From Hydrolagus affinis (taxonomy: Eukaryota), in assembly GCA_012026655.1 (NCBI GenBank), contig JAAILG010000112.1, positions 1 through 64,000 on the forward strand: a DNA stretch of 64,000 nucleotides, written 5' to 3'. The notes under the pieces are model-generated. The model searched no databases and had not been told where the DNA came from. It worked only from the letters and a program-made list of their open reading frames with translations. Below are positions 23,650 through 36,993 of this stretch, one piece after another (within the stretch, counting starts at the first letter, position 1; the number at the start of each line of letters is the position of its first letter). Both the position numbers and the translations under genes were made by a program.

Positions 23650-26600
23650 AAAGTCCACCTAATCTTGGTCAGGAAAGCCATTTTGTCTTCAAAATTATAA
23701 TCACACAGAATTGTGGAAAATTCTTAAATTTAGGCCTAATTTAGTAACTGTTTTTCCATGGATCTTAAAAAAGGGCAGGTTTCCAAATAAAGACTGGATT
23801 TAAGAATTTCCCACAAGTCTGGGTGATTTTAAATTTACAAACAGAACGGTTTTTACAGATTAGGACTGGGTGGAATTTCAAGCTTGTTTGATCACAAAAT
23901 AAAACATTTATTTGACTGAAATGGAACATTTTTCTCTGGTAGCTATGCTGTAGAAAATGACTCCTTCGTTCCATCCTTCTGTTTGCATTCTAGATAGAAA
24001 ATGCTTTAAAAAAAAGAGTGATGTGTTAAAATCTAATTCTTACAAAGAAACTTCTGGGTTAGTTGAATCGTGTAACATTTTCCTGTAAAATGGAGTCCTC
24101 AAAACACTATCGATTTGTCTTGATGAGATAATAGTTATTTCAAATCATAATTACCACCAGATGTAATTGTCAAGGACCATCACAATGCTTGATAATTATT
24201 CTGATGATGTCCCACACCATAGACAACTTGCTGCCACAATCAGCACAAGTGGAAAGCAAAGAGCTTAGTATTTGCACAGTGTCCATTTTCTGCCAGCAAC
24301 TTTACTGCACATACTACAAAAACAAATGAATGCCAAATAAAATAATAAAAGTAAATGAGATACAGAGGTGGAACTGCAGCTCCTCTTGATACTTTAACAC
24401 CCTAGACTTGAGATTGTGCAGCAGCCTGTGAGAGAATTCTCTTTTCAGAAATGAAACATGCAAACGGGAGTGGGGGGGGGGGGAAAGAGTTCTTTATGGA
24501 AAGCCAAGCTCGATGTTTTTTTTTAAACCGAGAAGATAAAGGGTTCCGGACAGTGAGAGGTCAAAATTCAAGGCTTCACTTGACAGTTGCATGAGGTGCA
24601 GCAGCATAGTCTAGCCTAAGCAGGCATCAAATTTAGAACAAGTCGCCAACAGAGAAGTGCCTGTAACTCTCGACAAGAAGAGTTTGTAACAGTTTCTATT
24701 AGGCTACTGAAGAATTTGCCTGGAAGCTCAGTTTGAAAGATCTGTTCATCGGCAGTGAGAGGGTGAAACAAGACCCACTTCTATGAGGTACGTAATACAA
24801 TAATGGCCAAACACAGCAAGGCTGGAAAGTGATACTTGGATGAAAGTCAGTCTGTTGCTCCACCTTTCATGCCTTTCATATTTTTGTGTACAGAAAGTTG
24901 TATGCTGTAGACCAAGGGGACGGGCAATTTATACGCCCATAGAGAGCAAGGCACAAATTATGCTTTTCCCATTGTAAACAACTGCAGCAGATTTAGGTCT
25001 ACAAAACATTATACTGTATCACCCAGAGAATGTGTGCATGTAGGGATCCCTTCATTGTCAGTCAGGCTTGATCACTGAGACATCATTCAGCATCAGAAAG
25101 AAAATAATCCCTACAGCTACAAAAGGAGCTTATAAAATGAAAAAAATAAACAGTGCGCTACAAATAGTTTATTGACCACTGCAGGATTTTGTGTCCTGGG
25201 GCCTATTGTGGAGGTAGCTTGCTCTTCGGTGATGTTGAGGTTAAGGCGCACCTTCATATTTTCCAATAAACTATTGACATTCCATCACATCAGCTATGGC
25301 ATAGATTTAAAAAAAACTGTCAAACCCAAATTCATGTGACAATTTTATCTCTGAGTAATATTTTGGACAAACAATTGCTTGCTTGTTTTCATTTTTGCTG
25401 GTTGGTTAACCATGTGTTTCTGTCCAAAGAAAGCACACCAAACGCCAAGGTGTTGCTTATTCAAAGCAAATCGTGTAGAATTACTGCAGAAATAATGGAT
25501 GCTCTTCATCACACTGCAAGAATAGAAAGCTCTCTGCATGTCTAAATTTTCGCAAATTTGGGTATCTTTGTGCTGATTCCTTGCACCCTCATGGATTTTG
25601 GCTAGTATATTCTGATATTCTCCCACAAAATGCAAAGTAATTTCACTTTACAGTAAATCCTGTGAAGCACATTGAGGCATCTCACAACATGCTATATGAA
25701 ATGTTAAGATTATTATTATTGTTGTTTCATTTGAAGTTTATTTTTATCAACCTATTTGGAGAAATATTATTGTATGTTCAGAGCAATATAAAATAAGCAT
25801 AATAATGGCAGATGTTTTGTATGTTTGTTGGTGGTTATCATATGCTTAGTGAAATTATGCTGAATCTAAACATTGAATATAACATTTCACATTTTATCGA
25901 GCTTTCAAAGCAACAGGACATCTAAAATTGCTCCTATCAAATCAAATGCATTGTGAAACGCTGCAGATTTCACTCCAAAGAGTAAATATTTCAGAATTGA
26001 AAACAATTGAGACGTGATTAAGTTTTTACTACTGTTTGTAAGCTTCTTACAGTATATTGAAATTATACAGCATTGCCTCAGTATGTTCTGTGGGCTATTT
26101 GTAACAAAAAAGGGGTTAAATTTGCACTGACGTTAAACAGTACAATTCTATCATTATTCAAACACCATTAAGCATTCAGTAACACTATCAGTATTTATAT
26201 TACCTTCAATGAATTTTATTCCCTTTCATGGAGTTGTGAGTTACTGATGTCCACTTAACACAGAGGTAGAATTCACACATTCGGTCTTCCCAGGCAGCCC
26301 CACATTACTTGTACAGCTTTTGTGTTTGAAATTATTGGTGCTGCTTTCTTACAAAGGAGTTCATTTAGTTCTGGTTATCAAATATTCTGGGTCAGTTGAT
26401 GGACATTTTACTTGGCAAATAACATCATAAAAGGTTAAAGCTAGGCTCAATATAAATTTTTGCCCAAATATTGCAAAATTTATCATAGGGGCTGTGTGGA
26501 GTCACTAAGTCTGCAGGATGTAATCCGACATCCTGGTTATTCTGGAGCCAATCTGTGGCCGACACAAAGCCCTATTTAATGTACTGCCAATCATTGCAGT

Positions 26601-28477
26601 ACAGTAGCTCAAGAAAAAGGCTGATCAAGGCTTTTATTTGAGCAAAAAAAAGAGAAAGATTGTTTCCTTCCACAGCCTTCATGCTTATTCAAAGATTGTT
26701 TTTAATGCATAATTTTTAAATAAATGTAACTATTCTGCCTGAAAGTATTTGTCCATAGGAATGAAGAACCTGAAGTAGCTTAGCTTCCAAATAGGAACAA
26801 ATGGGATGATTTAAATCATTTTCCCGCAGTGATACACTGGACATTAATGGCCTTGTCATATTAAAAAAAAGTCTTCATGTTTGAACAAACTGTCATAGGT
26901 TTTGTTTTCTTTTCGAATGAATATCTGGGATAAGCTATCCATGCTGAAGATACCAGCATTCCATTTATGTGAGAAAGGTAATATTATTTGGATCAGTGTA
27001 ATTCAAATCAGCTGGAACTGGATACAGAACTGGTGTTTTGCTTGCTTGAAACTACGTACAATTTTGTACAGTTAAATCTGTTTAAAGAGCAACATTGCGG
27101 CAGCAGGCTGATTTGGAAATATTTCATTCAGCTTAAACATAAGAGGCTTTTGAACCCCCTAAAGGGAGGAAGAGCACTGAAAGGGTAAATGGAACTATTG
27201 TGTTCCACAGGGAAGACTGTCACATCTTACCCCCATGTACTCTTCAATTGGACTTTGAGCTCCCTGAACAGCATTACACATGGATTTCATTGCACACTGA
27301 CCATTTTAAGCCAATATCCCCAGGGGCTCCTAGAAATATCACCACATTGCATGTCCATTATAAACTAAGTCACTGTGGCCTGTTTCAATAAGCTTCACTC
27401 TGCATCATGTAGTATAACAGAATTCTGGTAGCCACGCTAGTTGCACCTATAGAAGTATTTACACTGAGAGGTAAAAATGCGAGATTTCTAACTGGGATAA
27501 AGGAATCCAGTTAGAAATTCCAACCAATTTTTGAAAAGCCCATCGAAGACATATATCATGTAGGCATGGAGGTTCTGTGAGCTGACGTGATGTGATTCTA
27601 GTACCATCTGCATTGTAAAAACATTCGATATATAAGGTGAGTGGATATCACTTCTATGTAAGTATAAAATTGCTACACAATCATTATAATGCCATAAATC
27701 ACCATCCTGATGAAAGGACTAACGTGGTGCGTTTTCACTTCTTGCAATGCTATAGTCGTTGAACTATGTGAATTTGGATATAATTCCACTAAACAAATGT
27801 CGCAAGCTGGTATTAATAAAAAAAAATTGCCAGCCTTAAGTATTATGACATGCAGATTTGCAGACACTATAAAAACCAAGAGAGAGTTCAAAGGGAAGTC
27901 TATCAGTAATGGGCCAGTGCACTGTCAGTCCAGCACTGCAGACTTGTAAGGAGCTGTCACAGGAACCAAACGAGAAGGTGTGTGTGGCAATAGGTAACTA
28001 AAAGACTGTACTAGTTGTGGTATTGCTAAATTATCCATTTTGCAGTATGGTTCAATTATCGAGAACAAAAACTAATTTCACGTTGTAAGGCTCTATACAA
28101 TCTTTTCCTAACCTATTTCTTCAGAAGTCCTACAGTTCGTGAGTGTTCACTTGGACATCATGGATAAGTGTGCAGCATGAAACTTCAGCTCAGACCCGTT
28201 TGATAATCACTTTTCAGGAACTGTGCGTTGCCACAAATCTGACTGCAGAAAATTCTTCAATCCTTATATTCTTATACAACATGCAGTCAATGCTGCGTTA
28301 GAATAGATTTCAGGCTCACTGTAGTCAAATGAGCCCTGCAGTGCTCTGATTGTGCCTGCACTTGTTTTTCAAAGAGAAAATCTTGCCCACAGTAGGTGAG
28401 CCAAGACAATAATAATGATTATTATCCTTATATTTCACATTGGAAAGTCATCTCAAAGCAATGCAGAATATATTATA

Positions 28478-28600
28478 AACAACAACAACAACAAATCTTA
28501 CATTTATTAAGCGCCTTTCACGTCGAGAGGACGTCCCAAGGCGCTGTACAGTCAGGTAAGGACAAGAGCAGCGGGAGAGGAGTCAGGGCAGGACGAAGAA
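28478..28600 (-). mobile_element. Short L2 3' end inserted within a SINE tail
   Basis: (CAA)n followed by GCGCCTTTCACGTCGAGAGGACGTCCCAAGGCGCT. Confidence 0.75.
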
Positions 28601-28802
28601 AAGTAGGAAAATTATATTTGTGGGCAAATAAGTGCAGTGACTGAGTGTAGGATGAGTGTAGGTGAAGCTGCCGATAACATTAAAGCTCTATCGTGATGCT
28701 CGAGGAAGGGTTATTGATAAAATGCATGTTTTAGGCCTGCAGGCATCTTATAAAAGCTTTCTGTTGAATACAAGACAATTGCTCATGTAAAAAGGGACCA
28801 AG

Positions 28803-28948
28803 CTAGACCTTTATTTGGGGAGGACGGGTTTGCGTGGGTATGGGGAGAGAGCTGGGGAGTGGGATTGAATTGCTCTTTTCAAAGAGCTGGGACAGATTTG
28901 ATGGGCCGAATGGCCTCCTTTTGTGCCGTAAGATTCTATGATTCTATA
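28803..28948 (+). mobile_element. CR1 LINE 3' end
   Basis: GATGGGCCGAATGGCCTCCTTTTGTGCCGTAAGATTCTATGATTCTAT tail. Confidence 0.92.
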
Positions 28949-31900
28949 AAGTTACCATGCCAGAAACACAAATGTTGTCCTTTGGGGTGTATGTATAATA
29001 ATAATACAACAAATGTAATAATAATAATCCTTGCATTTGATATAAATTACCACCTCAATGAGATGTCTTAAAGAATTTACTGTGAAATGAATTGACTATG
29101 TATTTTATGGGCAAAACATGGAAAAAACTTATTGATAAAGTGTCCGCAATTACACAGTGAGGATAGAAATCAGTTTTAAATAATGGTTACCAACGATTTT
29201 GTGTGTAAATATTCTGTCGCTGAGGTTGCTTCTTCTCTGGAGGTTCAGACGTCTAAGGCATTGCTTCACAATTGCTTTCTGTACTTCCTCCTTCATGTCC
29301 ACAGTGATGCTACAATGTTTACATGCAGTAAACAGTGATAAATTAGCATACGTACAAATAGTGCGTATACTGATACTGACAATGGAACCATTGTTTTAGA
29401 TCTTGAAAATATGTAATTGAGGTCTCTGGCTATAGATTATTTCAACTGGTGTCATGGGGTTTCTGTAGTGATGCCATCACAATAAAGTAGAAACAGGGTC
29501 ATGATTAAATCCCCTATCCTATTTGTTCTTTGATAAAACAGGTTGTTATTGGGAGATATGAGCTGTGCTATACCATGTGAGAATTCTTCTGTTCTTCTGG
29601 TTATAACCTGGTGGTTATGATCAGAAGAACAGGAAATGCAGTCAGGAGATAAATCGCCAACTACAAAACATTTACTTGTGATTGGGATAGCAATAACTAA
29701 TTTGATATAAAGTTTTGCAAATTCAGGAGCAAAGCAAAAATGAATGGCAGTTGTATGTTCAAGCACTTCCCAATCTCAGCTCAAACACCAAACCATTGGC
29801 CACCGCACCCAAATATAATTTTTATGTAGAGTATTAATATGTTTGAATTGTTTTTAAATCTTGCAGGTTGAGGTAACTGACATCAAATTCCTTGGAGCAG
29901 ATTCATTCTACGTCCTGAGATGTTTTACCCGATGTTGAGGAGCCATTTATACAACTATATTCACCGACAAGCAATTTTTCAAACTCGATAACTTGAATTA
30001 GATGGATGTTATCGTGCTAGACCAGGTGACTTGAATACACATTCACATCTTTATTTAAATCTCCCTATATATTTTGCTTGGTGACAAAGCTCCTTTCATA
30101 TACAATTGCTCTGCACAGGCATTGTGGATGTGATTGTATTTTACTCTAGTTCTTGAAATCAGTACAGGATTCTGTGTGAGATCTATTCTGCTGCTTCTTT
30201 GAAACATTTGGCAATACATTTTTACTGAATGCACCAGTCAATTTATCTTTGTAGAGGCTTTTTCAAAGGTGGCACATGGTGTTAAATGGTTTTCAGCAGC
30301 CCCTATACTGTTGTGACTGCATTTGAAGGCAGAGCTGCTTCAAGCTGCAAGCAAGCTGCACTGTGGTAGTCAGCAAAAAAAATGCAATCTGTATGAAACC
30401 TTTCATATCAGTCTCCTGAAGATGAAACAAATCCTTGCTCTGCTTAATAAACATGAACTGCCCACAGCACGGCATATCTTATGACAAGTACTTTAAGGGT
30501 TACTGCAGGGATTAAAGTAGAAATTTTCAGACAAATATTTGGATAGTTTAGCTGCCATTTTGTGCAAGTATGTGCTCGCAGGGTAGAAACCACAATACAA
30601 GAGAAATCACAACATGTTGCAACAAACTACGGTATGTATTGATGGTTGTCCCAGAGAACACTTTATTACAAAGTACAAAATTGCTTTGTTTTGGCACTTT
30701 ATCGGAACTACAAATGTATTCTTTGAGATAATTAAATATTTTGTGAAGTCTATGCTATAATTTGCAGGACCCATCACTGGAAACCACTATATATGATGGA
30801 AAAATAGGATCATTGATCCCCAGATGTATAGCACAATTCTACTGGATATAAAGTTAAGAATACAGGAATATGGGTCTGGGTATAAATGTTCTCATTTTGT
30901 GTGGAGTAGTGAGAAAACACGGAAGCACATGTGGATACAATTCAACTGTGATCTTATTTGATCTCAGGATTTTTACGCCAGGAAACCACTAAGGAAATGC
31001 TCAACCAATCCACCTTATGCATAAAATAATAACACATTAAATATGATAATTGCATTTGCTTTGTTTCTCTCTTATCTTCCAACTTATTTTGCTATTGACT
31101 TTGAATTAACTCACATTTTCCCAAGCTTTTTGAATCTTGCTGTGCTCAATTTCTCTCTGGTTTGCTGCTGTTCTGCTCTGCCTTGTGGCTTGACTGCAAG
31201 GCTTTTTCCTTATTTCTTTTGAATGATTTCGTGTTTATTTTGTTTATTTATATGAAGATTATTATTATCAATTTGATTGTGATACTTTTTGTTTGTTTCT
31301 ACAGTTGCTTGTTTCTCTCCTAATTCACAAGAGACTCTAGAGACAAGATGGGTCAAGGTGGTGGAAGCATTTTAATGTAAGGGCAAGGATCTTAAAGTTG
31401 ATCTGCTAAATGATAATAGTTAATAATCCTTGCATTTGATGCACATCATTATCACGTTGTTGAGCCATCTCAAAATGCTTCACAAAATATATTATAAAGT
31501 GTATTTGTAAACTGTGTATTTTGTGGATGAAATGTTAGAAGATGAGCTAGGATTTTTAGAAGGATAGTGTTACTCTATCATTGTTTTCACAAAAATAATT
31601 CTGGAAGTAATAAAACAGAAACTGAGGCTTGTAATTCACAAAATTGGACATATTGCTCTGCCAAGCGCTCCGAGACACCACCCTGAGTAAATATCGCTAT
31701 ATAAATGCAAGTTGTTGTTGTTGAAAAACAGTTCTCTTCACTTCTGAATTATTTAATTATCTCACTATTTGCAATACTCTAATTTGGAGACAAGATATGT
31801 TTCTTTTATATTTCAATCAACTTAATTTTGATCAGTTTTTGCTAAACATACTTAAATTTATGACATTTTTCTTGAAGCTAAATCATGATCTGTATCCTGT

Positions 31901-32709
31901 AGCTATGATTTACCTTACTGAAATAAAGAAAAATCATTGGAGGGAACTATAGTCAGCCGTTCAGCCCATCAATCCTGTAACTACAGAATCTCTGTTGCAA
32001 AAGTAGATTGGATCAGAGGATAGCGGTGTTTCATACACTCAGTTAATGGAAAGGAAACCCATTTGGATGATTCAAAAGCCTTATTAAAGAATTAAACTAG
32101 GTAATGATGGAATAAAAATTGCAATGCATAAAAATAATAATGACAATAATCTTTGAATTTTACATTGCACCTTATCATGTCATCAAAACATCTCAAACAC
32201 TTCACAGGATTTTCTGTTGAGTGATGTGATTGTATTTTGTAGGCTAATGATAATATGACTGTTTAACACTGTTGAAAACTCTGCCCTATAGATGATAAAA
32301 GGCACCAGCTAATCCAAAGGTGTAACCACTCCAATTGCAATGGTTAGGCAAAAGCCACTGTGGTGCACATTTGTTTTGCTGACTTGCTCCCTAGTGTTAG
32401 TTAGGGGGAATCACAGCACATTCAGAGCAAACCAGGATCCTGCTAATCCCAAGTCCAAAGAGGTGATCACAGGCCAGAAATGCACGATGCTGAGGGCCCA
32501 ATCACTGAGACTGAGTTAATAGCAGGAGCGACACATCTTAAATTGCTGACAGATTGGAATTTGGGATAATTAATAGGCTAAAACGTTCACCCCATTGAAA
32601 ATTGGTTCAGGGGACTCTTGAAAATTAGCTTTAAAATTAAGGGGACAACTGTCTTTTTCAAAAGTTAGCACAATCTTCAATTTTAATACACTTAAAGTAA
32701 TGATAATTT

Positions 32710-32950
32710 GGAGCTCCTGTAGCTCAGTGGTTAGAACACTCGCCTTACAAGCGTGAGACCTGTGTTCGAATCCAGGCAGATCAGGGCGAAACCTTGGGCA
32801 AGTTTCCTTACTCCACATGCCTAATAATAATCCGTCCCAAAAAAAGCACTATAATAAAAATTTGTCATTTCAATCCACGACTGTTTGTGGGACACTGCTG
32901 TGTGTAATTGGCCGCCATGTTTCGCCCACAAGTATACAGTCAATTCTATT
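32710..32950 (+). mobile_element. tRNA-derived SINE, short variant, with intact Pol III A and B boxes
   Basis: A box TAGCTCAGTGG at 32720-32730 and B box GTTCGAATCC at 32764-32773, then the Deu-like CTGTTTGTGGGACACTGCTGTG..AATTGGCCGCC. Confidence 0.92.
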
Positions 32951-33020
32951 ATTAGAATAATTGTAATAATAATACTTGGCATTTAATACCAGCACCTTGG
33001 AACATCCTCCTAACGTGAAA

Positions 33021-33996
33021 CAACAACAACAAAATCAACAAAATTGCACTTATATAGCGCCTTTCATGTCGGCAGGACATCCCAAAGTGCTGAACAGTCT
33101 GGTTGGGACCCGAGCGGAGGGGGGAGGGGTGGGGGGTGGGGGAGGGTTGAAATAGGGGAAAGGGGAAGGAGAGTGGGAGAGGGGGAAGAGTTAGTGGGGC
33201 AGCCGAAGGCGCGGTCGAAGAGGGAGGTCTTGAGACCGGCCTTGAAGGAGGAAAGGGAGGAAGCAAGGCAGAGGGGCTGCGGGATGGAGTTCCGCTGATG
33301 GTTGGGGCGGTGGACGCGGAGCAGGCCTGAGTCTGCTGAACGGAGGGTGCGGGCAGGCTGGTAGGGAGACAGTAGGTCAGAGAGATAGGAGGGGCAAGGC
33401 CGTGAATTTCCTTAAAAGTGAGGACAAGGATCTTGAATTCGATCCTCTGGGTGACGGGGAGCCAGTGGAGACGGGCGAGGGTGGGAGTGATGTGGTCGTG
33501 AAGCCTGGTACGGGAGAGTACAAGAGCTGCAGCCTATGAATGATCTGCAATCTATGAAGGGAAGAGCCGGGGAGGCCGACGAGGAGAGAGTTCCCATAGT
33601 CGAGCCTGGAAGTGATACAGGCATGGATGAGGGTTTCGGCGGCATGAGGGGTGAGTTAGTGGCGGAGTCTGGCAATATTGCGGAGGTGATGCAAGGCTGT
33701 GCCGTCATGGAGCGGATGGGGGGAGGAAGGATAGCTCGGAGTCGAACAAGATGCCCAGATTTCTGATTGGCTTCGAGAGGTGGAGAGAGCAGTCTTGAAC
33801 GCTGATGTTGTCAGTGCCTGAGGTGTGGAGGCGCTGACGTGAGCCAATCAGGATGGCTTCCTTCTTGTTGATGTTGAGTTGCAGGAAATTTGCCCTCATC
33901 CAGGACTCGATGTTGGACAGACATGCAGTCAGAATGCCAGTGATCCTGGAATCAAGGGTTTATGCAGATAGGTAGAGTTAGGTGTCATCCACATAG
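33021..33996 (-). mobile_element. L2 LINE, ~1 kb 3' portion truncated at the RT YADD motif
   Basis: The minus strand reads YVDDT*LYLS..MRANFLQLNINKKEAILIG..IRNLGILFDSELSF..HLRNIARLR; (CAA)n tail revcomp at 33021. Confidence 0.95.
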
Positions 33997-34039
33997 GTGA
34001 AAGATGCTACACAAGTGTAATTTTGTTCTTGTAGTTGGC

Positions 34040-34345
34040 ATTTGGGAAAGCATTTTTCACATTGGGAGGTTGTCTCAATGCGTTTCACAGGATTTACTGT
34101 GAAGTGGGGTCAGCAGGCTAGTCAATTTGTCCCACAAACAGACATGAAGTGAATAACCAGTTTTATTTGGAGGACTGTTCACCAGGAAACCAGGAGAAAC
34201 TATTATCTCTTTTTGAATTTTGCCATAGGATCTTTAACACCAAATACACCAGCAGAATTTACATCTTAGCAGAAGGACAGTACCACTGACAATGTGGTAC
34301 ATCCCCAGCATTGTCATGGAGTATCCAGTCTAGAATATATGTGCT
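34040..34345 (-). mobile_element. Old Deu-domain SINE
   Basis: CCAGGAAACCAGGAGAA..GCCATAGGATCTTTAACA..GAAGGACAGTACCACTGACAATG (revcomp Deu core). Confidence 0.65.
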
Positions 34346-34809
34346 CAAAGTCCCAACAATAGTCTTACATCCAAGTACAAATGTCATTTCAGGTCAAGGT
34401 TTACCGAAGGCAGCTGGAAAGCAGCATTTCATGAAAGCAGTGAGATGAAGGCTTTTGGGACGCCATCCTGACGTGAAAGGTGCTATACAAATGTAATTTT
34501 GTTGTTGTTGTTGCTTTGCAAACATCTCAGTTTGGTGTTGCACTTTGTACTGCGATCGGCCCAACCAAGACCAGATATTAAAATGTCTTTTATCATTTTG
34601 AATGGCCTCTGGGAGTTTCCACAGCAGTGTTTACTAATTATCCACAGTATTCCAGTTCAACCATGCTGAATGCCTGTAGATAATCATTTGCATAGTGTTT
34701 TTGTACTACATCTTATTAATTCTCACACAACTTAGTGTATGAAATGGGTGTCACACAGACACAATGGAAAGAAGGTGCTCACATGCCAGGCAGATACATT
34801 TCTTATTTC

Positions 34810-34886
34810 CATTGTAATTATGACTAATACTTGCAACATGTATTTATTTCACCTGTACATTTTAAGTATTAGTCATAATTACAATG
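34810..34886. repeat. Perfect 23-bp inverted repeat with a 31-nt spacer (77-nt hairpin)
   Basis: CATTGTAATTATGACTAATACTT (34810-34832) / AAGTATTAGTCATAATTACAATG (34864-34886). Confidence 0.92.
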
Positions 34887-36695
34887 ATTATGATCGCTTA
34901 GCTGTAAGTTCCATTTAAAGTGCAACAATCAAGTCAGTCTCCACCCAGCCAGAAACTTCACCTCAGTGATAAGGTATTTATGTACAAACAATCATCTCTA
35001 AAGTTTCACTTTCAGAAGTGTTACCTTTATATTTTCGATGACAACTGCTAATCTCTAAACACAATCAATTGTAGGAATCAATTGTAGGAGATTGAGGATA
35101 GGCAGCATACCCTTGTACGAGACCTACCCAACAGACTGCCACAGTCCATTTGTGTCATATGCCCGGGCAAATTCTGACAAGCATAACAAAAGCATTTCTA
35201 TTTTGAATACCAGAAAAGGTTAGCTGAAAGTGGTGATTTGTATGTAGCCTGGGCCTCATGTGACCCTTCAAGGCTGGGTGTATCCTTAACTAAATTAGTT
35301 TAATTACCAGAGGGGTGTTTATTCCCTTTAAACAAGCTGCAGAGCAAATGATTGCTGTTCTATAAATAGCACACAGAAAATATCTAAATATACTGCTGCT
35401 GGTAACAACCATGCACTCATCTACTTTTGTTTATTGAGTAGTGATATGAACCGCTTAAATCAGTAGCCCCTTTGTCGGTCTACAAAAGCTGATTCCAATA
35501 CCATCAAAAGTGTATTAGGCTAAATCTCCTCTGAGAATAACACAGTCCCACTGCAATGTTTCAAACAGTTATTATACATTTTAAACTCTGTAGATGATGA
35601 CAGCACTTTCAAAAAATTGTGGTGTTTGACAGCAATCTTCCTGGGGACCATGAAAAATTACTTCACATCTAAAAACTTTTTTTTATCAAAACAAATACAT
35701 TAAACTTTGTGACAGACATAATGCTTTTAACTCTTTAACCCATGTAAGCACATTTGGATACATACCTCAGGGAACTTCTTTATTAACTGTGGATTATTCA
35801 GCAGCTTTTACATTTTACTACTCTCAGAAGGGTGTTTTTTGTCAGACAAAAACTTCCAAGTGTCCTTCCATCATTTCCATATAAGCACCTTGCAGACATC
35901 AAAAGAACTGTAGAGGCTGAGAGCCTGAAGCCCTGTTTACATTGCGGCTGCAAATTTATGTGTGCTGAGAATCTGTAACTAACTGGCAGACAGGACCTGA
36001 GCATAAATGCTGGCAACCTGTTTACTCTGAATCCAGTCCACAGTGATAAATCCCAACTCTTTCTATCTAATTGTACTGTGCGGAAACCAGAACAATCACA
36101 TCAGTTTGCTATAAATGGTATAAATATACATCACATTGCCATATTTTGCTACAGACTGGTGTAAATGCATATCAGATTGTGGGATATTTATCAAGGCCGG
36201 ATGTTCACTAGGCTGGAGTGGTCTGGATAGTGAAGTGGATATTAACACTATGAGGCCCATTCTATGCTCTTAATAAAAAAACGGAGTGAAAAGAGGAAAT
36301 GTACAATTGTTGGAAGGAAAGCAATTGAATAAAAATAACAGTTTATTCTGAATTCAGTCCACAATTCCTGTGAGCAAATCGGTCGCTGCAAATGAGATAT
36401 AAAATGCACTGTACTTTACAGAGCACTTTGTCAAGCACTTTGGAAGCTCCTCCGAACGTGAAAAGCACTATATCAAATGTAAAGAATATTTTGATATAAA
36501 TTCCAACTTGCTGAAGTATCCCTTGAATGTGTGCTTCAAAAAGTGAGAGAAAGACGTTTGCTGAACATAATGAATTTCTTCAACTGATTATAAATGCAAC
36601 TCATGATGCTCATCAACAGCACAGACCAGGATTAACAGGTTTGAGTAGTGACTAAGCAACCTATACAGAGCTTTCTGCGCATGTATAGGAAAAAA

Positions 36696-36993
36696 ATAGC
36701 TATACCCCCGCGTAACATACATGGCCTAGTATTTTTTAACACGTTTATTCATATATTTCTAAACTTTTTAAAATAATGTATTTGTTGTTTACAAAAAAGG
36801 GTGAGCTTTAATCACTGGGTTGTTTTTCTTTGTTGTTGTTTTTTGTTTTTTTTAAAGCTGTATTGGTTTTTGTTTTCCTTTTAGAAGTTCATTGTTACAA
36901 TTGTGGAAACATAGAAGATAGATTTGACACAGCGCCATCCGCGTCAGGAGGACACAATTGCGGAAACATACCTAAGGCTTTTATACATATAGA
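36696..36993 (-). mobile_element. Short non-autonomous Helitron
   Basis: The minus strand starts A|TCTATATGTATAAAAG and ends with hairpin CCATGTA-TGT-TACGCGG (a CpG-decayed perfect stem), then GGGTATAGCTAT|T (degenerate CTAG). No TSD. Confidence 0.72.

Noticed and set aside
24540-24793. First exon ending ATGAG|GTACGT downstream of a G tract
   Set aside because: There is only a donor-like hexamer, with no CpG island, ORF or downstream exon support.
32710-32782. tRNA-Val(TAC) gene
   Set aside because: There is no proper acceptor stem or terminator, and it continues directly into the SINE body shared by many copies.
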